Shown here in pieces: positions 58,185 to 64,000 of a stretch of 64,000 nt of DNA; positions within the stretch are counted from its first letter, which is position 1; every line of letters starts with the position of its first letter. Made by a program: the position numbers and the translations under genes. The stretch covers positions 2,944,001 through 3,008,000 of the forward strand of contig OZ241917.1 in assembly GCA_965203805.1 (NCBI GenBank), read 5' to 3'. Source of the stretch: Candidatus Latescibacterota bacterium. GTDB taxonomy: Bacteria; Latescibacterota; UBA2968; GCA-2709665. The notes under the pieces were generated by a model. That model saw only the letters and a program-made list of their open reading frames with translations. It had not been told where the DNA came from and ran no database searches.

Positions 58185-59357
58185 TCAATACGGGGCTGAC
58201 TTCGATGACTGGACATGATCGGGCAACCTGTAGCTCATTCCGCCCAGGCCTGCCTCGTCGTACACCGAAATCTCGAGCATCTGCGTGAAATTCTCAGATC
58301 TGATCGACTGCTTGCTCTTCAGCAGATGTTGAAAGCGTTGCTTCAGCCGATACGCCAGAAGTACGCCGAATGTATTGGTTTTGGGGAACCGCAACTGGTC
58401 CGCCAGCTTGTTCCCGATCAGGGACCTCGAAAGGCGGTAGGCCAGGGCCTTCACGTCTCGCTGTTCGTCGGGGTCCTCGATACCCGCGGTCAGCGGAATG
58501 GCCTCGACCAGGGCGTTCGCCATCGTTGCCGAATCGTGATCCGGTTCCGGCTCGCACATCAGCGCGATTTTGAATATCTCCCTTGCATGCGCTTCATCGG
58601 TAAAGAGGATGGACTCGGGCACACCCATCACGTGACCGGCGTACCGCCAGATCCGGATGATGCTGTCTCTTTCCTCCCGGTTAAATACAGCCCCCACGGA
58701 CGTCGAGTGTTGCAGCAACCGCATGGAGAAGACGGTCATCGCGAAACCCAGGTGCGCCGCGCTTAACGGCATGCCCCACGCTCCGGTATTCCACTCATCG
58801 GAATGCGCAAGCAGGTGCCTCACCCGTGCGTGGACGAATCGAAGGCGCATGGACAGCTTCCAACCGTCCCCGTCTCTCCGCAAACCCCCCGGGAAGAACA
58901 GTTCCAGGAGATGGCGGTTATTCTGCATCAGGCGCCTTCTTGCGGTCGAACGGTTCAACACGCGCCCGGTCGTCGCGAAAGACTTGGCGATCATGGTCGC
59001 GAACCCCTCGATCAGTGTGCCCGTAACGAAACCGACAAGCATATTTGTGGTATTCAAATGAAAGGCGCGCATGCCGGATCGGAAGGACTCGTATTCGAAC
59101 CAGGGAGGATCTTCCAGATTATCGAAAAAGTCGCGCATCGACTGAGGGGCATCGCAAATGACATCTTCCTCCTGGTCGATGCCCGCCTTGATGAACCGGT
59201 GCAGTTCCTGAGGAGGCAGGGAGGCGATGTCATCCATAACCGGATCGAGCGCCGGATCGCCGACGGTGGTGTGTCGGATATAGTTGTCGGCAAGCGCCTG
59301 ATCGTATTCGCGGGCTTTCGGGTAGCCGTCAATATAAGAGGAAGGTACGGTTAAGAT
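58185..59357 (-). CDS. MpaB/Lcp-like (DUF2236) heme oxygenase-family protein
   Basis: GDP.LD, TGR....RRL, RLRFVHARVR, WRYAGHVMGV; frame stays open 40 codons above ATG 59237 to an ATC preceded by AAGGAG. Confidence 0.8.
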   Translation of the reverse strand: MLTVPSSYIDGYPKAREYDQALADNYIRHTTVGDPALDPVMDDIASLPPQELHRFIKAGIDQEEDVICDAPQSMRDFFDNLEDPPWFEYESFRSGMRAFHLNTTNMLVGFVTGTLIEGFATMIAKSFATTGRVLNRSTARRRLMQNNRHLLELFFPGGLRRDGDGWKLSMRLRFVHARVRHLLAHSDEWNTGAWGMPLSAAHLGFAMTVFSMRLLQHSTSVGAVFNREERDSIIRIWRYAGHVMGVPESILFTDEAHAREIFKIALMCEPEPDHDSATMANALVEAIPLTAGIEDPDEQRDVKALAYRLSRSLIGNKLADQLRFPKTNTFGVLLAYRLKQRFQHLLKSKQSIRSENFTQMLEISVYDEAGLGGMSYRLPDHVQSSKSAPY

Positions 59358-59946
59358 GCCGATCTCTCCTTACGATGTCCTCAAGGGAGTCCCGAACCCG
59401 CTGGCAGAATTGCCCTTTTTATCCTCAAGCCGCCGACCCCCTGGTTCAATCGGGCAATCACTTAAACTAATACTAAAGCATTGAAATATAGCCGCCGTTT
59501 GCTGCAAAGTCAACAGCATTCATTTGATCATCTCGCCTGGTTTCGGCCATGAATCGAACCATCGCCCGATGGTGAAACAAGCAGGAAGAACGTGCTGATT
59601 TCCCTGGTCAATCGCAATTCCGGTACAGGATAAGCGGGATCGAAGTCGAAACAGCATTTTCGGACGCAAAGCGAAAAGAAGACCCTGTTTCGCCAGGATC
59701 GAGAAGCGCATGAGGACATCGAACGGGCGATTCCCGGGAAACCGAAGGCCATTCGTCGCGACTGACTCCCTTGCGTTTCTGCTTGAGCATTGCGGAGAAA
59801 AACACATATCATAAGAAAGTTGGGCGCAAGGGCGTTGGAGATCCGTTCTCTCAGAAAGCGCGCCGTCATTACATGCTTCGGTTCGGCCCACGTGAAGCAG
59901 CCGGTCTAAACCATTGTGATTCACCCGATCTTCACCTCTCTAGAAT

Positions 59947-61062
59947 ATGACTCTCGTCTATTCGAATGCGGACATCGTTGAAAGGGAGCGTAGAATCGCA
60001 GAGTTTGCCGTGAGACGTTACGGTCTCGGCGCCTGCCGTCGTACGTCCCGCCTGACCGGCGGCGTCCTCAATGAGGTGTACCTTGCGGAAACGTCGCGCG
60101 GCGATTTCGTGATAAGGGTGAATCGCGTCAGACGGTCCATGGACGAGATCGAGCGGCTCTCGGACTTCCTCTCACACCTCGACCGGAGTGGAATTCCCGT
60201 TGACGGATTTGTTCGGACGGCCGGCGGACAGGTCGCCGTGGCATTCGATGACGAGCTTCTGTCTTTGCATCGATGCCTCCCGGGAACGGTTTACCCTTCT
60301 CCGGCGGACCTGACGGGCAGTCAGAAGGCGACCATGATGAGGTTCCTCGCGGACTACCACGCCGCGGCAGGTCGATACCGGACAAATCGGGGGCTCGCGA
60401 TCCGGAATGAATCGGTGCCGGTCATCTACACCGACGATCCGGACCGCCTGAAAGGACGGTTCGAAAGCCTCCCGCATACCACCCCGGTCGTAGAATCCGC
60501 CGTCAACGGCGCAATCGACCGGCTGGCCTCGTTCTTTGCCTCCGGACTGTACAAGCAACTCGGACGGACCTGGGTCCACGGCGATTACAGGTCTTGCAAC
60601 GTGGCATTCAATGGGGACCGTGTGTGCGGGCTGTTCGACTGGGACCTGCTCTGCAACGGCCCCCGTTTGTGGGACGTCGTGGTTGCGTCCGGCGACCTGG
60701 CCAGAATGGCCGGGGGTTCCCTGTCCCGCCAACCGGAAGCGTGGCGCGGCAGTTTCCTTCGGCATCTCGCAACCTACCGGAAGGAAGCACGGCGTCACGG
60801 AGCCGACATCACAGAGCCCGAGGTCAGGTCCATTCCACACCTGATGGTCGCCGACACCATTCTCAGCGGCGTATTCTTCGCATTGCACTTGCGAAGACTG
60901 CCCCTGAAGCCCGGCGAGACCGATGAGCGGCGTCGTGAGCGGTCAGAAAGTCTGTTGTCGGAGACCATAGAAGACCTCATTGCGATCGACAGTCTGGTCG
61001 CCGCCGGGACGCGCACGTTCACTTTACCCTGTCTGGACGCGGCTGAATATGGCGATACGTGA
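59947..61062 (+). CDS. APH/homoserine kinase type II-like phosphotransferase
   Basis: GGVLNEVY, VHGDYRSCN, LFDWD. Confidence 0.85.
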   Translation: MTLVYSNADIVERERRIAEFAVRRYGLGACRRTSRLTGGVLNEVYLAETSRGDFVIRVNRVRRSMDEIERLSDFLSHLDRSGIPVDGFVRTAGGQVAVAFDDELLSLHRCLPGTVYPSPADLTGSQKATMMRFLADYHAAAGRYRTNRGLAIRNESVPVIYTDDPDRLKGRFESLPHTTPVVESAVNGAIDRLASFFASGLYKQLGRTWVHGDYRSCNVAFNGDRVCGLFDWDLLCNGPRLWDVVVASGDLARMAGGSLSRQPEAWRGSFLRHLATYRKEARRHGADITEPEVRSIPHLMVADTILSGVFFALHLRRLPLKPGETDERRRERSESLLSETIEDLIAIDSLVAAGTRTFTLPCLDAAEYGDT

Positions 61063-61084
61063 TAGGCTATTTCAAAGTTGAATA

Positions 61085-61113
61085 TTGACATAGCGTGATT
61101 TATTCGTTATTTT
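61085..61113 (+). promoter_or_regulatory. Sigma70-type promoter, probably giving a leaderless transcript
   Basis: TTGACA, 17 bp, TATTTT; ATG 6 nt downstream; no RBS. Confidence 0.6.
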
Positions 61114-61119
61114 AGTAGC

Positions 61120-62328
61120 ATGATCACACGTGACCTCGCACCCATACTCAGACAGGCTGCGCGAACCTTCCCCGCCATTACGCTTACGGGTCCCCGGCAA
61201 AGCGGCAAAACGACGCTCTGCCGGACCATCTTCCCCGAACATCGATACACGACGCTCGAATCTCCCGACGTTCGCGCTTTTGCAGTAGAAGATCCACGGG
61301 GCTTCCTGGCTCAGTTTCCGGCCGGCGCCGTCATCGACGAGGTACAGCGAGCTCCAGACCTGCTTTCCTACCTGCAGGGAATTATCGACGATGACCCGCT
61401 GCCCGGACACTGGGTCCTGACGGGTTCGCAAAACCTTTCCCTGCTCGAGTCGGTCAGCCAGTCGCTGGCCGGGAGGACGGCGGTTCACCATCTGATGCCG
61501 CTGACCCGAGGGGAAATCGAGCGGTTTCCCGCATTTCCCGAGCGTCTTGAAGAAGCTCTCTTTGCAGGCTCATACCCCCGCATATTCGACCGTGGTATGG
61601 ATCCATCCGAATGGATCCGTTCTTATGTCGCCACCTATATCGAACGCGACGTGAGAACGATCGTAAACGTGGGAGATCTAGCGACATTCCAGCGATTTCT
61701 CGAATTGTGCGCCGGACGTACGGCTCAGTTGCTCAACCTCTCCGCGCTTGCAGACGACTGCGGGATATCCCAGCCAAGCGCAAGAGCCTGGCTAAGCATA
61801 CTTGAAACCAGCTTTATCGCCTTCCGGCTGCCGGCATTTCACGCCAACCTTCGCAAACGGCTGGTCAAGATGCCCAAACTGCACTTCTACGACACGGGGC
61901 TCGTCTGCTGGCTCCTCGGAATCCGCACACCTGACCAGCTACGCAATCATCCGCTTCGCGGCCCGATTTTCGAGACCTGGGTCGTATCTGAAATTGCAAA
62001 ACACCGAACCAACCACGGTGAAATGGGTGGCCTGTCATTTTACCGGGACCGGAACGGTGCCGAGGCCGACCTCATCATCGAGCACCCATCCCACATCGTG
62101 CTTGTCGAGGCCAAGTCCGCTAATACGGCGTCGTCGAGCCTGTTTGACAGCACCGGTCGCGTCCGAAAACATCTCACCCGGTTACCCCTGCCAAGTTCAG
62201 TCTTCGTTGCGTACGGGGGAAACGAACACCAGTGCCGAGCGCGGGGCACCCTTGTTCCGTGGCGCGACCTCCACGAAGCGGCGTTCCAGATCAACCGATC
62301 AGAAGGCGAGACAGCGAAGGTTCGGTGA
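61120..62328 (+). CDS. AAA_14 ATPase with DUF4143
   Basis: GPRQSGKTT, IDEVQ, LTGSQ, PKLHFYDTGL, FYRD..EAD..EAK. Confidence 0.92.
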   Translation: MITRDLAPILRQAARTFPAITLTGPRQSGKTTLCRTIFPEHRYTTLESPDVRAFAVEDPRGFLAQFPAGAVIDEVQRAPDLLSYLQGIIDDDPLPGHWVLTGSQNLSLLESVSQSLAGRTAVHHLMPLTRGEIERFPAFPERLEEALFAGSYPRIFDRGMDPSEWIRSYVATYIERDVRTIVNVGDLATFQRFLELCAGRTAQLLNLSALADDCGISQPSARAWLSILETSFIAFRLPAFHANLRKRLVKMPKLHFYDTGLVCWLLGIRTPDQLRNHPLRGPIFETWVVSEIAKHRTNHGEMGGLSFYRDRNGAEADLIIEHPSHIVLVEAKSANTASSSLFDSTGRVRKHLTRLPLPSSVFVAYGGNEHQCRARGTLVPWRDLHEAAFQINRSEGETAKVR

Positions 62329-62630
62329 CTCGTTACGACCCACGGTTTGATCATCAATAGGCCTCGGTTGATCTCCGCGGGTCGCTGCAGCGGACTGTTC
62401 TACAGTTTCAATCTGATCAAGGTACCATGTAGTAGTGCAGTCCAATGGGCTATGGCTGCAACCAAATGCGGCAATTCCCCTCCCTACATCTTTCAAAGCG
62501 GATGTATTAGTCTATTTTAATTTTCAATTTTGAATTAGCCTATTCTTATGCGTTCCGGCACCGTACAGCAGCGCGTCACAGTCCCTGGCGCAGGCGTTTC
62601 TTGATCTGATTGAGTACAGAAAGGGCGGAT

Positions 62631-63899
62631 ATGGATCTGGACCGGGTTGTCACGCAGCTGGGAATCGAGCAAAGCCGGGAGGTCCTCGAGCCGGAATGGG
62701 AGGTCTCCCGGAATGCGATGCCGGACGGCAATGTCGGTTTTCTGTCGCCTGCGTTCGTGAACGAGGCCTGCCGGGGGATTTTTCTGCCGGACGATATCGT
62801 GCAGGCTGCGGTCGCCGCGGCGGCCCGTGTCGCAGAAAGCCCCGCGATGCGCGCATTGGCCTGGCACTGCCACTGGTGCCTCTACCACGTGGACGGATAT
62901 CCCAGCCGTCAGGCCGATCACTGGCCGTGTCTGGCGGGCCCGCTCGGGGAGCTGTCAGGCTTCTTCTACCTGCTGGTTCTGCTGTCACGCGTTCCTGAGA
63001 TGCGAGCGTTACACCGGGAGCACGAAGTTCCCGAGCGGATCGTGCGCGACAGCATGGATCAGATTTACCTGAGAGGCGTCGCGTGCAGCGAAATCTTCGG
63101 CCGGTGGGGCCTGGACGGACACGGCGCCCGCTGGCTGGCCAATTTCCTTCGCGGGGATATCTACGCCCTGGGCCGGCTCGAACATCAGTTCAACGTGATG
63201 AACGACCCGTTTCGCGTCTATCGCCACCGGAAGTCGTCCGCGATCATCGCACTGAGCGAGGACGGCGTCGCGTATCGTCCGGACGGCCAACGGCAACGCG
63301 GCGGAGACCCGCCGGCGGCGTGGACCTCCCGGCTGCATGTCACGGGAGACAGGATTGCCGGTCACCCGATCCTCCCCACCGGCAGCGCCAGCGCGGAGAT
63401 GGTGACCCTTGCCGCACCCGACTGGATTCCCGTGCTCGAACCCGGAGACCCGGTCCTGTACTTTCACATTCCGGGCGGAATCCCGCTGGAGCATGCCGCG
63501 TGCGGGGATTCCTTCAGGGAGGCAATGGACTTCTTCCCCCGCCATTTTTCAGATCGCCCGTACAGAGCATTCTTCTGCGGTTCCTGGTTGCTGGACACCC
63601 AGCTGGAAGACTGGCTGCCGGCGGGGTCGAATCTGGTGCGTTTCCTGCGGGAGTTCTACCTGGTGCCCGGCGGCATTTCCCATCGGTCCATTCTGCAAAC
63701 GGTATTCGGGAACGCGGCGGACGATCTGAGCAGAGCGCCTGAAGACACGTCGCTCCAGCGGGCAATGCTGAGACATGTGTCCTCGGGCCGGCCCATCGAT
63801 CCCCGCGCCGGGAAATGCTTTATGTTCCCTGAAGACCTGGACTGGGGTCGCCAGGTGTACCGAACGTCGAAGTTTCCGTGGCATCTGGTCGGTGACTGA
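62631..63899 (+). CDS. Acyltransferase-domain (GNAT-like, DUF5596-type) hypothetical protein
   Basis: LGRLEH, FHIPGG.PL, CGSWLLDTQL. Confidence 0.7.
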   Translation: MDLDRVVTQLGIEQSREVLEPEWEVSRNAMPDGNVGFLSPAFVNEACRGIFLPDDIVQAAVAAAARVAESPAMRALAWHCHWCLYHVDGYPSRQADHWPCLAGPLGELSGFFYLLVLLSRVPEMRALHREHEVPERIVRDSMDQIYLRGVACSEIFGRWGLDGHGARWLANFLRGDIYALGRLEHQFNVMNDPFRVYRHRKSSAIIALSEDGVAYRPDGQRQRGGDPPAAWTSRLHVTGDRIAGHPILPTGSASAEMVTLAAPDWIPVLEPGDPVLYFHIPGGIPLEHAACGDSFREAMDFFPRHFSDRPYRAFFCGSWLLDTQLEDWLPAGSNLVRFLREFYLVPGGISHRSILQTVFGNAADDLSRAPEDTSLQRAMLRHVSSGRPIDPRAGKCFMFPEDLDWGRQVYRTSKFPWHLVGD

Positions 63900-63957
63900 T
63901 TTGATCTGCGCGGCGGCGTCGGCCGTGAGGCGCGAACGGAACCAAAAGGAGGTCGAA

Positions 63958-64000
63958 ATGGAGCGGTTCGGTCAGCTTGAACTGGACTACCTGGCGAGAG
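63958..64000 (+). CDS. CDS start, 3' partial, function unknown
   Basis: AAGGAGG RBS + ATG; frame open to the window end. Confidence 0.5.
   Translation, partial: MERFGQLELDYLAR

Noticed and set aside
59400-59940. ORFs or an ncRNA in the divergent intergenic region
   Set aside because: The short ORFs lack motifs and RBSs, and no convincing repeat or structure was found

Overview
GC-rich bacterial DNA. The gene content (triplicated DUF6785-like transporters, PhyH dioxygenases, many TA modules) is reminiscent of Latescibacterota/Poribacteria-like lineages, which is inference only. The main feature is a ~19-kb, more AT-rich defence island (3573-22551) bracketed by a 107-bp direct repeat that contains the start of the downstream phosphoesterase gene. 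The island is a type I R-M system (hsdM, hsdS, hsdR) with cargo genes between the subunits: a membrane protein + unknown + TIR trio, an ARM/HEAT-like protein coupled to a PD-(D/E)xK nuclease, an AlbA_2/HATPase_c_4 protein between 59-bp repeats, and an orphan DarG. The ARM-like gene can be reconstructed as 864 aa after removing two insertions. One is a 1.74-kb IS-like element with hairpin ends, no terminal inverted repeats and a Rep_trans-like protein; it has a non-autonomous 237-bp derivative at 3586-3822. The other is a 289-bp MITE with a 9-bp target duplication. The rest of the window holds TA modules and remnants, a HipA-HIRAN pair, a 15-kb catabolic/transport locus, a three-gene cassette with an ADP-ribosyltransferase-like gene, an MMPL/LolA-like/beta-barrel/oxygenase operon and nested palindromic repeats. 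No rRNA, tRNA or CRISPR array was seen. All family assignments are from motif recognition by eye, not from database searches.
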